A stretch of DNA of 64,000 nt. Source: Macrostomum hystrix. Taxonomy: Eukaryota; Animalia; Platyhelminthes. The position numbers and the translations under genes were made by a program. Under the pieces are notes generated by a model. It did not search any database. It saw nothing but the letters and a program-made list of their open reading frames with translations, and was not told where the DNA came from. Positions 23,341 through 35,747 of this stretch are shown here, piece by piece. Where the stretch lies: the NCBI GenBank assembly GCA_950097015.1, contig CATNEN010000038.1:28272001-28336000 (forward strand), in the 5' to 3' direction. Positions within the stretch are counted from its first letter, which is position 1, and the number at the start of each line of letters is the position of its first letter.

Positions 23341-24661
23341 ATACTCTTAATCGGGAATGAGATTTCTCTAGCTGCTCATTCTGAAGACACTGATAAGAAC
23401 CTATGAGATTCTGTGTTGCCTGTCCCTAGAGAATCCACGCCGGCAAGCAAGTTTCAGTGCACCATAACTGCTACTGTACGTCGCTCTATTTGTGCATGTC
23501 CACTACTTTTAACTGGCGTATCAGGTAACAGACTTACACGCTTGGGTGCGCAAGCACTAGTAGATTAGCTACGCTCAAATAGGTTTAAGACCTCTTTTTT
23601 CGAACAAAAAAACACTTGAACTATTTCAGCAAGTAGATTCAGGACTGTCTACTATTCTCTAGTTCCAGCAGCAGCAGACTTCACCTGGTATTTCGTGTTT
23701 CAATCCTAACAAATATTTCTGTATCGATTTTTAATTCCCTAATTTGTTTTCTGACTTTGGCTACAACCTTAACCTAATCTGTAAAGATATTTAGCTTTAT
23801 ATTGTTTTGTCTGATACAGTTAAAGCAATAAAAAAATTAAATAGACTCTAGTCATAATTTCATTTGGTCGAAAGCTATCGACAAACTCTCGTGAACGTGC
23901 GTTGTTGATTGGAAATTTTCTGGGTCGATTTAAGAAAATACACAAGGCTAAAATTGTTCATTTTACTCCGCTAAATATATTAGACTACTGTAAGAAATTA
24001 ATTAGATTTTTTACGCAAATACTTAGCTAAATTACTACTGATAAGGATTAAAAAAGTAGGATAGTAAGTTTTTTTAATTATAATAAAATAATCATGATTG
24101 GGACTCCTGTTAGTATGGTCATTTTAGCATCCAATCAGAAACGAGTGGCGCGAGGTTGGTTCCAGCCAATCAGAGACGATCAGCTTCTGACACTTGGCTA
24201 GAAATGCAATGAGTAATTCGCGTCAGGGTGTCCATAGTGACTTATGTCCACCTTTTGTAGCCCTTAAAGGTCCAGCAGTCCGTCTAGATAAGGTAGGTGA
24301 CCACCGAAGACGGAGAGGATGCAGGCACATTCAGGTGACATGCAGATAAATTTTTATGGCTAATATGTGTATAGAAAAATCAGACCTTCGGCCAGAACCA
24401 TTGAATATCTTGATGGTCTGAAGAACTGGCGACTTGATTCTTGTTTCAGAAGATGTGCAACAAAAAGTTGGCCCATGTTCTTGAGTTTCGTGTGCTTGCG
24501 TTGCTCCGTTCGGGTGCAGCACAAATAACTGTCTGGGGGGGAGGAACTACCCCATGGAAGTTCTACTGATAAATAGAAAGCTACAGAAGGAATGACAAGC
24601 CAAACATGCTTAGACTATTTTCTAGATTTATACAAAATATTATCGATTTCATGTCAGTCAG

Positions 24662-25063
24662 CTAGCCGAATCGGCTAACACCGGGCATTGCGTCAGCGCC
24701 ATCGTCGTCGTCGATGTCGTCCTCGGCAGCGAACACGGAGGCCTCGAAGCCGCCGCCGTCGCCGCTCTCGTCGTCTCGCGACCTACTGCCAGCCTGACGA
24801 AAGGCGCCGCCTCGCAGTCGACGCTGTCGCATCAGCGGAGGTCGACAGCCAACTTGACGAGATGACGACGACGAAGAGAACGATGAAGACGCTGTTGATG
24901 CGGTGCGACGCAACGGCAGCCGGTGAAGATCGGCGTTGTGCGCCGTCAGGCAGCGGCAATGCCGGTTAAGATCGCTGGCCTCCTCTAGGAGCTGCCAGTG
25001 ATGCCTGAAGTGCGGCGGTGTAACCTGCTGCTGCTGCTGCTGCTGCGGCTGTGGCTGCGGCTG
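24662..25063 (-). CDS. Orphan type-I membrane protein, exon 4 (cytoplasmic tail)
   Basis: ttgcAG (NAGNAG) acceptor phase 0, reads to TAG; GC-rich, poly-Q/Ser/Asp. Confidence 0.7.
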   Translation of the reverse strand, partial: QPQPQPQQQQQQQVTPPHFRHHWQLLEEASDLNRHCRCLTAHNADLHRLPLRRTASTASSSFSSSSSSRQVGCRPPLMRQRRLRGGAFRQAGSRSRDDESGDGGGFEASVFAAEDDIDDDDGADAMPGVSRFG

Positions 25064-25274
25064 CTGCAACAGTCAATATTGTAAGGTTATTGTAAATTGT
25101 GAAGATACTAATTTTTGTTATCTAATTTGTTACCCATTTCATTTTCAGCCCACTGGAAAATCCGTTGCAAAAATCCAGCCAATTTAGTGTACGCGACCTT
25201 GAATCACGCACGCATGCACCGGCAGCGTGATCATCTCATTTGCGAAATTAAGGTGAAGAAATCGCAAGTTGGAT

Positions 25275-25470
25275 GACTGGCATATCATTTAGTGACACTA
25301 GACCCGCAGCCAGCGAGGAGGCAATTCTGCTCATTTCGCTGACTCCTGAGCACACACCCACACAGGTGTGTACATCTGCCCTGACTTTCTCATTGTCAGG
25401 CAGTGTATTTCTCTCACTGTGCCTGGGAGGTTGGCCCTCAAGGGCGTAAATTGCAAGACAAGCCTCCAAG
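25275..25470 (-). mobile_element. SINE family B fragment
   Basis: Matches the 3' half of the 57865-58241 element. Confidence 0.8.
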
Positions 25471-26596
25471 CCTTTTTTATATTGCGGTTGCGCGCTAAAG
25501 CAGCAATCTAGATCATACCACGAGCTGTAGATATCTCGATTTAAAAATATCTAACACAGAGGTTGTTCATACCAGTAGGAAGCTCCGATGCATTTAAGTG
25601 CAATACATTTAAATGCTGCTTGGCATTTTACTTGGCATCTTCTGTCTTCATGTCGCCCAGCCCAGGAAGGCATAATTTTTGGTTCCTTCATTTTTTTTAC
25701 TTTGACTTTCTTTTAGACGGTGCAGTGGTAAATGTCAAGACCAGAAGAATATTTTACCAATCTCCACACACCCCCTGCAAAAGGTTGCTATGGGAACCGA
25801 TTCGGTGATAATAACCTTTGAAATCTCGTGAAATCATTTCAGGCTTTGGATTTTACCGTTATCTTTGAAAAAATCCACACACTGTAGGAAAGAAAACACA
25901 GTTTGTGCAACCGATGACAATCTATATAGTTCATTTGAATTCGCGCCAAAAAACTGTTTCCTTTAAAAGATTCACTGAATAGATCAGATTAGACAAATCG
26001 TGAACAAAAATTTGATTGACAGCCGCAAGAATTTTCTATTCAATTTATGTACACGTAAAAGACGACACGTTGCTTTTCGTAGTTGTTTGGTAAATAAACT
26101 TTATTAAACATATGTTGTGTACATCTGTCCACAGACATGCGGAGTGTGAAATATATGGAACATCGAAATCGTAGCTGTCAAAAAATCAGATTCAGTAACT
26201 GCATACAGTGAAATTTTCTGAGCTAGGAAATGTAAATCTTGATGAAATTATGTGGCTTTCAAGAATGTAACATCACCTAAACTGCTTCAATTGTCTGCTT
26301 AAGTGTTGTAGGAAACTAAATTGCTAAAAAACTTGAATGAACCTCTTCAATAGTGGAAGCAGCTTAAACCACGCTAACAACGTGTGTTTTTTTATTAAAT
26401 TAATTGCTGTCAAGAATTCACTACCTTAATTGTAGTTGATTTCTGTAGGAGTTTAGAAATTTCAAGCACTCTTGAAATTTGAGGTCTGAGATGGGTGACT
26501 TGAATTGTACACAAGTTTTCAATTCAGACATTTCAATTAATCTTATGAGCTCAGAATTCATTGTACTCGTATGATTTATTGATGTCATTTTGAAAG

Positions 26597-29389
26597 GGAA
26601 TTTGGTAGCAGCAAGTGGGATTTGGTAGCAGCAAGTGGGATTTGGTAGCAGCAAGTGGAATTTAGGAGCAACCTGTAAGATTTAGAAGTAGCCTATTGGA
26701 TTTGGGAGTAGCCAGTGGGATTTGGTAGCAGCCAGTAGGATTTAGGAGTAGCCTGTAGGATTTAGGAGTAGCCTATTGGATTTGGGAGTAGCCAGTGGGA
26801 TTTGGTAGCAGCCAGTAGGATTTAGGAGTAGCCTGTAGGATTTAGGAGTAGCCTATTGGATTTGGGAGTAGCCAGTGGGATTTAGGAGTAGCCAGTGGGA
26901 TTTGGTAGCAGCCAGTAGGATTTAGGAGTAGCCTGTAGGATTTAGGAGTAGCCTATTGGATTTGGGAGTAGCCAGTGGGATTTAGGAGTAGCCTGTAGGA
27001 TTTAGGAGTAGCCTGTAGGATTTAGGAGTAGCCTATTGGATTTGGGAGTAGCCAGTGGGATTTAGGAGTAGCCAGTGGGATTTGGTAGCAGCCAGTAGGA
27101 TTTAGGAGTAGCCTGTAGGATTTAGGAGTAGCCTATTGGATTTGGGAGTAGCCAGTGGGATTTAGGAGTAGCCAGTGGGATTTGGTAGCAGCCAGTAGGA
27201 TTTAGGAGTAGCCTGTAGGATTTAGGAGTAGCCTGTAGGATTTAGGAGTAGCCAGTAGGATTTAGGAGTAGCCAGTAGGATTTAGGAGTAGCCTGTAGGA
27301 TTTAGGAGTAGCCTATTGGATTTGGGAGTAGCCAGTGGGATTTAGGAGTAGCCAGTAGGATTTAGGAGTAGCCTGTAGGATTTGGGAGTAGCCAGTGGGA
27401 TTTGGTAGCAGCCTGTAGGATTTAGGAGTAGCCTATTGGATTTGGGAGTAGCCAGTGGGATTTAGGAGTAGCCAGTGGGATTTGGTAGCAGCCAGTAGGA
27501 TTTAGGAGTAGCCTGTAGGATTTAGGAGTAGCCTATTGGATTTGGGAGTAGCCAGTGGGATTTAGGAGTAGCCAGTGGGATTTGGTAGCAGCCAGTAGGA
27601 TTTAGGAGTAGCCTGTAGGATTTAGGAGTAGCCTGTAGGATTTAGGAGTAGCCAGTAGGATTTAGGAGTAGCCAGTAGGATTTAGGAGTAGCCTGTAGGA
27701 TTTAGGAGTAGCCTATTGGATTTGGGAGTAGCCAGTGGGATTTAGGAGTAGCCAGTGGGATTTGGTAGCAGCCAGTAGGATTTAGGAGTAGCCTGTAGGA
27801 TTTAGGAGTAGCCTGTAGGATTTGGGAGTAGCCAGTGGGATTTGGTAGCAGCCAGTAGGATTTAGGAGTAGCCTGTAGGATTTAGGAGTAGCCTATTGGA
27901 TTTGGGAGTAGCCAGTGGGATTTAGGAGTAGCCAGTGGGATTTGGTAGCAGCCAGTAGGATTTAGGAGTAGCCTGTAGGATTTAGGAGTAGCCTATTGGA
28001 TTTGGGAGTAGCCAGTGGGATTTAGGAGTAGCCAGTGGGATTTGGTAGCAGCCAGTAGGATTTAGGAGTAGCCTGTAGGATTTAGGAGTAGCCAGTGGCA
28101 TTTGGGAGCAGCCAGTGGGATTAGAGAGCAGCCAGTGGGATTAGAGAGCAGCCAGTGGGATTAGAGAGCAGCCAGTGGGATTTGGGAGCAGCCAGTGGGA
28201 TTAGAGAGCAGCCAGTGGGATTAGAGAGCAGCCAGTGGGATTAGGGAGCAGTTAGTGGGATTTGGGAGTAGCCAGTGGGATTTAGGAGTAGCCTGTAGGA
28301 TTTAGGAGTAGCCAGTAGGATTTAGGAGTAGCCTGTAGGATTTAGGAGTAGCCTGTAGGATTTAGGAGTAGCCTATTGGATTTGGGAGTAGCCAGTGGGA
28401 TTTAGGAGTAGCCAGTGGGATTTGGTAGCAGCCAGTAGGATTTAGGAGTAGCCTGTAGGATTTAGGAGTAGCCTGTAGGATTTAGGAGTAGCCAGTAGGA
28501 TTTAGGAGTAGCCAGTAGGATTTAGGAGTAGCCTGTAGGATTTAGGAGTAGCCTATTGGATTTGGGAGTAGCCAGTGGGATTTAGGAGTAGCCAGTGGGA
28601 TTTGGTAGCAGCCAGTAGGATTTAGGAGTAGCCTGTAGGATTTAGGAGTAGCCTGTAGGATTTGGGAGTAGCCAGTGGGATTTGGTAGCAGCCAGTAGGA
28701 TTTAGGAGTAGCCTGTAGGATTTAGGAGTAGCCAGTAGGATTTAGGAGTAGCCAGTAGGATTTAGGAGTAGCCTGTAGGATTTAGGAGTAGCCTATTGGA
28801 TTTGGGAGTAGCCAGTGGGATTTAGGAGTAGCCAGTGGGATTTGGTAGCAGCCAGTAGGATTTAGGAGTAGCCTGTAGGATTTAGGAGTAGCCTGTAGGA
28901 TTTGGGAGTAGCCAGTGGGATTTGGTAGCAGCCAGTAGGATTTAGGAGTAGCCTGTAGGATTTAGGAGTAGCCTATTGGATTTGGGAGTAGCCAGTGGGA
29001 TTTAGGAGTAGCCAGTGGGATTTGGTAGCAGCCAGTAGGATTTAGGAGTAGCCTGTAGGATTTAGGAGTAGCCAGTGGCATTTGGGAGCAGCCAGTGGGA
29101 TTAGAGAGCAGCCAGTGGGATTAGAGAGCAGCCAGTGGGATTAGAGAGCAGCCAGTGGGATTTGGGAGCAGCCAGTGGGATTAGAGAGCAGCCAGTGGGA
29201 TTAGAGAGCAGCCAGTGGGATTAGGGAGCAGTTAGTGGGATTTGGGAGTAGCCAGTGGGATTTAGGAGTAGCCTGTAGGATTTAGGAGTAGCCAGTAGGA
29301 TTTAGGAGTAGCCTGTAGGATTTAGGAGTAGCCAGTAGGATTTAGGAGTAGCCAGTGGGATTTGGTAGCAGCCAGTGGGATTTAGGAGT
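26597..29389. repeat. 20-bp minisatellite with higher-order structure
   Basis: Unit GGATTTAGGAGTAGCCWGTA. Confidence 0.95.
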
Positions 29390-30009
29390 TAATAGCATTG
29401 AATTGAGCAATAGAAGTTGAGCTTAAATTCACTCAGAACGCAAAATAAAGATATTTCATTGACCGAAACATTTTTTCAGAATTTTCTGCAATTAGCCATT
29501 CTAGAACTAACAGAAAATTTGAGCGGAACAATTGGCTTGAATATTCTAGGAAAATTGTTGAAAGCATAATGCTTTTTGTGGAAAAAATGTCTACACCAAG
29601 TGCAGTTAGTTGTTTTCAATAAAAATAGACATGCAAAAGAAGCGAATTGGCGTTTGAGTTGTTTGCGCTCTGCAAAAATGTAATAAGCAAAAATGCTTTG
29701 CAGCTCTTTGTTCTTAGAGACGAGATTGCTATTGAAAAACAGCCCCATTCTTTCTCATTTCAATATATGCAATATTGGTTTCTCTCCAACAGCCAAACTA
29801 ATTAGAATTTCAAATTGAAGAGCTTTTTAAAATTTATTGCAATATTCTCTATACTATTGCAGCACTTTTAAGTGCTGTTTTGCACTGCAGTGTCTGCTCA
29901 TTTTTGTCTACAAGCACTAAAATTTCCTTTCTGTCTGAGAGCTGTAAAATATAGTGGGAGTAGAACTAAATGTGCTTGGTAATATATCCCTGAACAGGCA
30001 GTCTCATCC

Positions 30010-30600
30010 TTTAATCCCTGATCCCTGATCCCACTCCCTTCAGCAATGTGATCCTTGATCCCACTCCCTTCATCCCTGTGATCACTGATCCCACTCCCTT
30101 CATCCCTCTGATCCCTGATCCCACTCCCTTCATCCCTGTGATCCCTAATCACACTCCCTTCAGCAATGTGATCCTTGATCCCACTCCCTTCTTCCCTGTG
30201 ATCACTGATCCCACTCCCTTCATCCCTCTGATCCCTGATCCCACTCCCTTCATCGATGTGATCCTTGATCCTACTCCCTTCATCCCTGTGATCACTGATC
30301 CCACTCCCTTCATCCCTCTGATCCCTGATCCCACTCCCTTCATCAATGTGATCCTTGATCCCACTCCCTTCATCCCTCTGATCCCTGATCCCACCCCCTT
30401 CATCCCTGTGATCCCTGATCCCACTCCCTTCATCAATGTGATCCCTGATCCCACCCCCTTCATCCCTGATCCCACCCCCTTCATCCCTGATCCCACCCCC
30501 TTCATCCCTGTGATCCCTGATCCCACTCCCTTCATCAATGTGATCCCTGATCCCACCCCCTTCATCCCTCTGATCCCTTATCACTGATCCCTGATCCCAC
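30010..30600. repeat. 30-bp minisatellite
   Basis: Unit ATCCCTGATCCCACTCCCTTCATCCCTGTG. Confidence 0.9.
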
Positions 30601-30644
30601 CCTTTTATCTCTCCGATCCCACCGTTTCTTAGAAAGAAACAAAC

Positions 30645-30894
30645 CATGGTAATGCTGTCAGCTATATCGTTTGACTGCTGCTTCTGCTGCTGCTGCTGTT
30701 TCGGCTGAGTCTGCGGCAGCGGCAGGCTGTGCAAATTGAACCCAACGATGCTTGGTCTGCCACTGGCGCTGCTTGCCTGCCTACTGAGGGTGCCGTGTCG
30801 CGACAATTGCATCGGCGCTGGATGTCGAACTATCGTTTTCTTGGCCTCCCTAGCAACCAGATTTCGCTTGCGAAGCTGCTTTTTGAGTCGATTT
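30645..30894 (-). CDS. Orphan type-I membrane protein, exon 3
   Basis: ctcaAG acceptor phase 2, basic stop-transfer RNRLKKQLRKR, donor ATG|GTTTGT. Confidence 0.72.
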
Positions 30895-30995
30895 CTTGAG
30901 TCGGAGAAGTTAGAAAAATGACTGCTTTAAACAGTAAACAGGCCGACGAAACAATAGAATGATCTTGTTGTTTTTTTCCTAAATCTTAATCTTAC

Positions 30996-31098
30996 CTCAC
31001 TCTCAGACCGGCGGCAATGCAAAAGAAAGCACCGATAATGATGCCGCAGGCTGTAAATACTATCGACTGCTTGAACGATATCGGGGCAATAAAACGGC
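30996..31098 (-). CDS. Orphan type-I membrane protein, exon 2 (TM helix)
   Basis: ttttAG acceptor, SIVFTACGIIIGAFFCIAAGL, AG|GTAAGA donor; phases match both neighbours. Confidence 0.75.
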
Positions 31099-31142
31099 CT
31101 AAAATATGTCAATTTTTATGGCTCAAGTAATTATTCAATTAT

Positions 31143-32240
31143 TCTAGACACCACAGTACTTGATCTAGACACTCTAGTACTTGATCTAGACACTCTAGTA
31201 CATGATCTAGACACTCTAGTACTTGATCTAGACACTACAGTACTTGATCTAGACACTACAGTACTTGATCTAGACACTACAGTACTTGATCTAGACACTA
31301 CAGTACTTGATCTAGACACTACAGTACTTGATCTAGACACTACAGTACTTGATCTAGACACTACAGTACTTGATCTAGACACTACAGTACTTGATCTAGA
31401 CACTACAGTACTTGATCTAGACACTACAGTACTTGATCTAGACACTACAGTACTTGATCTAGACACTACAGTACTTGATCTAGACACTACAGTACTTGAT
31501 CTAGACACTACAGTACTTGATCTAGACACTACAGTACTTGATCTAGACACTACAGTACTTGATCTAGACACTACAGTACTTGATCTAGACACTACAGTAC
31601 TTGATCTAGACACTACTGTACTTGATCTAGACACTACAGTACTTGATCTAGACACTACAGTACTTGATCTAGACACTACAGTACTTGATCTAGACACTAC
31701 AGTACTTGATCTAGACACTACAGTACTTGATCTAGACACTACAGTACTTGATCTAGACACTACAGTACTTGATCTAGACACTCCAGTACTTGATCTAGAC
31801 ACTACAGTACTTGATCTAGACACTACAGTACTTGATCTAGACACTACAGTACTTGATCTAGACACTACAGTACTTGATCTAGACACTACAGTACTTGATC
31901 TAGACACTCTAGTACTTGATCTAGACACTACAGTACTTGATCTAGACACTACAGTACTTGATCTAGACACTACTGTACTTGATCTAGACACTACAGTACT
32001 TGATCTAGACACTACAGTACTTGATCTAGACACTACAGTACTTGATCTAGACACTACAGTACTTGATCTAGACACTACAGTACTTGATCTAGACACTCCA
32101 GTACTTGATCTAGACACTACAGTACTTGATCTAGACACTACAGTACTTGATCTAGACACTACAGTACTTGATCTAGACACTACAGTACTTGATCTAGACA
32201 CTACAGTACTTGATCTAGACACTCCAGTACTTGATCTAGA
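31143..32240. repeat. 21-bp highly homogeneous minisatellite
   Basis: Unit CTAGACACTACAGTACTTGAT. Confidence 0.95.
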
Positions 32241-32323
32241 CCCTACAGAACTTTATCTAGACACACCTGTACCGGATCTCGATACACCAGCGCATGTATC
32301 AATCAGTACTTATTCAGACTCAC

Positions 32324-32738
32324 CTGTTCCGCTGTCGTTTCCATTGAAATTAAACTCTTCAGTAATTTGCTCAGTCGAAGAGTTTAAATTGTCTAACCAA
32401 TGCGCTGACAAAATTGTTGTCCTGTTACTATGGCAACCAGACGCATTCAGTTGCGGCTCGAATTTAACACTCAAAGTCCATTCGTTCCGGTTGCTAAGGA
32501 CTCGGCCGCTTATAAGCTTGAACCCATTGACTCGCAAGTCGCAGGTTGAACTCTCAACAAAATATTTGAGTAGATGATGCAACTGATCTCTAGTCAGAGA
32601 TGAAGACAAGGCATTTGAGATTGCAAATAACTGATTTGCATTGAGGAGAATCACTTCTTGACTAGCTGAAGGATGAATCTGTTGCAGCAGCAGCAGCAGC
32701 AGCAGCAATAGCAAAAACAATGCCATTTCTGTACTCAT
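32324..32738 (-). CDS. Orphan type-I membrane protein, exon 1 (signal peptide and ectodomain; about 389 aa total)
   Basis: MSTEMALFLLLLLLLLLLQQ signal-like start, 2 Cys, sequons NAS/NRT/NSS/NDS, donor AG|GTGAGT. Confidence 0.75.
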
Positions 32739-32969
32739 CAGACTAAAGACTATGAAATCTGCGCCACTGTATTTATTGCTTCTGCAGGATAAAGGCTTTT
32801 GAACCAATGGGATTCTAGATAGGATTGGGAACGTGAAGTGAGGATTTAATCATTTGTCCCAGGCGTATGCAGTACACTGAATAATTATTGTGCAGTGCAA
32901 GCAGAATCAGTACAGAATCACTCAGTAATGATAATAGAAATCGCTTTGTCTAATATCTCAGACATCGTT

Positions 32970-33345
32970 CCATTCTGTCTAACATGTTTGAAATTGTTCT
33001 GTAATACTAGAATCATTCTGTCTAACATGTTAGACATGGTTCTGTAGTAATAGAATCATTCTGTCTAACATGTTAGACATGGTTCTGTAGTAATAGAATC
33101 ATTCTGTCTAACATGTTAGACATGGTTCTGTAGTAATAGAATCATTCTGTGTAACATGTTAGACATGGTTCTGTAGTACTAGAATCATTCTGTGTAACAT
33201 GTTAGACATGGTTCTGTAAGTACTAGAATCATTCTGTCTAACATGTTAGACATGGTTCTATAATAATAGAATTAGTCTATCTGACATGTTAGACATTGTT
33301 CGGTAATATTAGAATGATTTTGTCTAACCTGTTAGACTTTTTTCT
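32970..33345. repeat. 43-bp minisatellite containing an 18-bp palindrome
   Basis: TGTCTAACATGTTAGACA in the best-preserved units. Confidence 0.85.
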
Positions 33346-33564
33346 GTAAAAATCTAACCATTCTGCTTAAAATGTTAGGCATTGTGTTCAGGAGCATTTT
33401 TAAAACTCTTTCTGAAATCAAAACGAAAAATAGAAATTTAAATGCGATTTTTGCTACTTAAAGTAGACTAGTTAGACAATTGCTTATAGAATCTAGAAAA
33501 AAAACACTTTTTCTTTGGTATATCGAATAACCTAATTGACCATAGTCTCATTAAAACAACGCGC

Positions 33565-33606
33565 TGTGATTGGCCGATAGCGTGACAATAATTGGGCCAT
33601 TGGCTG
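33565..33606. promoter_or_regulatory. CCAAT-box cluster in a putative bidirectional promoter
   Basis: Three ATTGG within 40 bp between two divergent ATGs. Confidence 0.35.
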
Positions 33607-33884
33607 CAGTTACTCTTGTACTGTGTTTAAGCATTTCCAAATCCCACCAAGAACCTAGCATAGCCCTAATTCACTTCAATCGCTGCATGCCTACAAGTAG
33701 AATTATATTTAACATTTTTGCGATTTTTACTGTACTGGAAAGATAAAATGCTTCTGGAGTCCAGATGAGTGCAGCAGCAGCAGCAGCAGGAATCATGGCT
33801 GCAGCAATGTCCAGTTAGATAGTTAATTTTCAACAAAACAGTCTGTAGCTAAGTTCGTCAGCAGCAGAAAGCGAGAGGCCGGTG

Positions 33885-34018
33885 ATGTCCAGAGAAATCG
33901 AAGTCGAAGTTCAGGCCGAAGAAGAGATCCCGTTTCCGGGATTTTATCCCATCGTGTTGCGCTATTTTCATCAGCGACACCCAGTCAGGAATTGGTGCCT
34001 GCGAGCGGTCACTTGGCC
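33885..34018 (+). CDS. Cav3: T-type voltage-gated Ca2+ channel alpha1, first coding exon
   Basis: MSREIE..EIPFPGFYPIVLRYFHQRHPVRNWCLRAVTWP, like Cav3 pre-IS1; followed by an ATATCCTT U12 donor. Confidence 0.85.
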
Positions 34019-34109
34019 ATATCCTTTTCTTGCCAGGAAGTACATGTGATTTTGCTAATTTTCTGCTTCTGAAAAATGTAATACAATTTTTTGCCTCAAA
34101 TCTTGAAAG

Positions 34110-35110
34110 GATTAGTGACATTTCTATTCAAGGATTAGAACCGGATTCGTGACATTTCAAGTCAAGGATTAGTAAAAGATTCGTGACATTTTTAGTCAAG
34201 GATTAGAAACGGATTAGTGACATTTTTAGTCAAGGATTAGAACCCGATTAGTGACATTTTTAGTCAAGGATTAGAAACGGATTAGTGACATTTTTAGTCA
34301 AGGATTAGAACCCGATTAGTGACATTTTTAGTCAAGGATTAGATCCGGATTAGTGACATTTCTAGTTAAGGATTATAAAAGGATTAGTGACATTTCTATT
34401 CAAGGATTAGAACCGGATTAGTGACATTTCTAGTTAAGGATTAGAACCCGATTAGTGACATTTTTAGTCAAGGATTAGAAACGGATTAGTGACATTTTTA
34501 GTCAAGGATTAGAACCCGATTAGTGACATTTTTAGTCAAGGATTAGAACCGGATTAGTGACATTTCTAGTTAAGGATTATAAAAGGATTAGTGACATTTC
34601 TATTCAAGGATTAGAACCGGATTAGTGACATTCCTAAGGAGGGATTAGAAACGGATTAGTGACATTTCTAGGGAGGGATTATAAAAGGATTAGTGACATT
34701 TCTAGGGAGGTATTAGATACGAATTAGTGACATTTTTAGTCAAGGATTAGAAATGGATTAGTGACATTTTTATTCAAGGATTAGAAACGGATTAGTGACA
34801 TTTTAGTCAAGGATTAGAACCGGATTAGTGACATTTCTAGTCAAGGATTAGAAGCGTAGTGGTGACTTTTATTGACAAGGATGATAAAAGGATTGATTGA
34901 CATTTCTAGTCATGGATTAGAAGCGGATTAGTGACATTCCTATCCAAGGCTTAGAATCGGGTTAGTTACTTTTATTGGCAAGGATTATAAAAGGATTTGT
35001 GACATTTCTAGTTAAGGATTAGAAACGGATTAGTGACATAACTAATCAAGGATAAAATAAGGATTAATAACATTCTTAGTCTACGATTGGAAACGGATTA
35101 GTGACATCCC
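34110..35110. repeat. 34-bp minisatellite
   Basis: Unit GGATTAGTGACATTTTTAGTCAAGGATTAGAAAC. Confidence 0.9.
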
Positions 35111-35747
35111 TAGAGAGCTATATATGGATTATCTACAGTTCCCTAATGGATGATCGGAAGTTCAGTGACTAGTTTGTCATCTATTTTTCGTTATGATCAT
35201 CAGTTAAAACAAAAGTTAGTAAGTAAGTAAGTAAAGTTTGCAAGTAAGTAAAGTTTGAGAACACTAGGAACTAATAATCTAGCAATATTATTACGTAGTT
35301 TGACCACATCAAACACATATTCTCTTTGAGTAGACTTTCCTATACTGGATCATAGAAAGTATTGTAAAAGTGAGAACAGTGCAGGACTGTCTGTAATGAC
35401 CCCCAAATCGAAGTGGCCCTGTGTCCATAGCACTTAACCTTCTTCATCTCCCTAGATACCTTACCGCGCCTCTCCCCTGATGCCATCTCACAGTCTTGTT
35501 TTATACGAAAAAATGTAAAAGGCGAAAAAGAAAAAATCTGCCAAATTAACTTTCACTCGTCCCACGAGACGGCCAGTGTGAGAAGAGCCGAATCAACTCA
35601 GCTTTAATTGAGCACACACGGGGGCAATCGAGACAAGAGTTGATGGAGAAGCAAATGGCGAGAGATTGAGAAGTGGCGAGTAAGTGGGGAAAATAAATCT
35701 CAAAATTATTTCTTATAACCAGAATTTTAAGCAGCGAATGCTAGCTT

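Noticed and set aside
26597-29389. TTTAGG-containing array as an interstitial telomere
   Set aside because: 20-bp complex unit, not tandem TTAGGG/TTAGG
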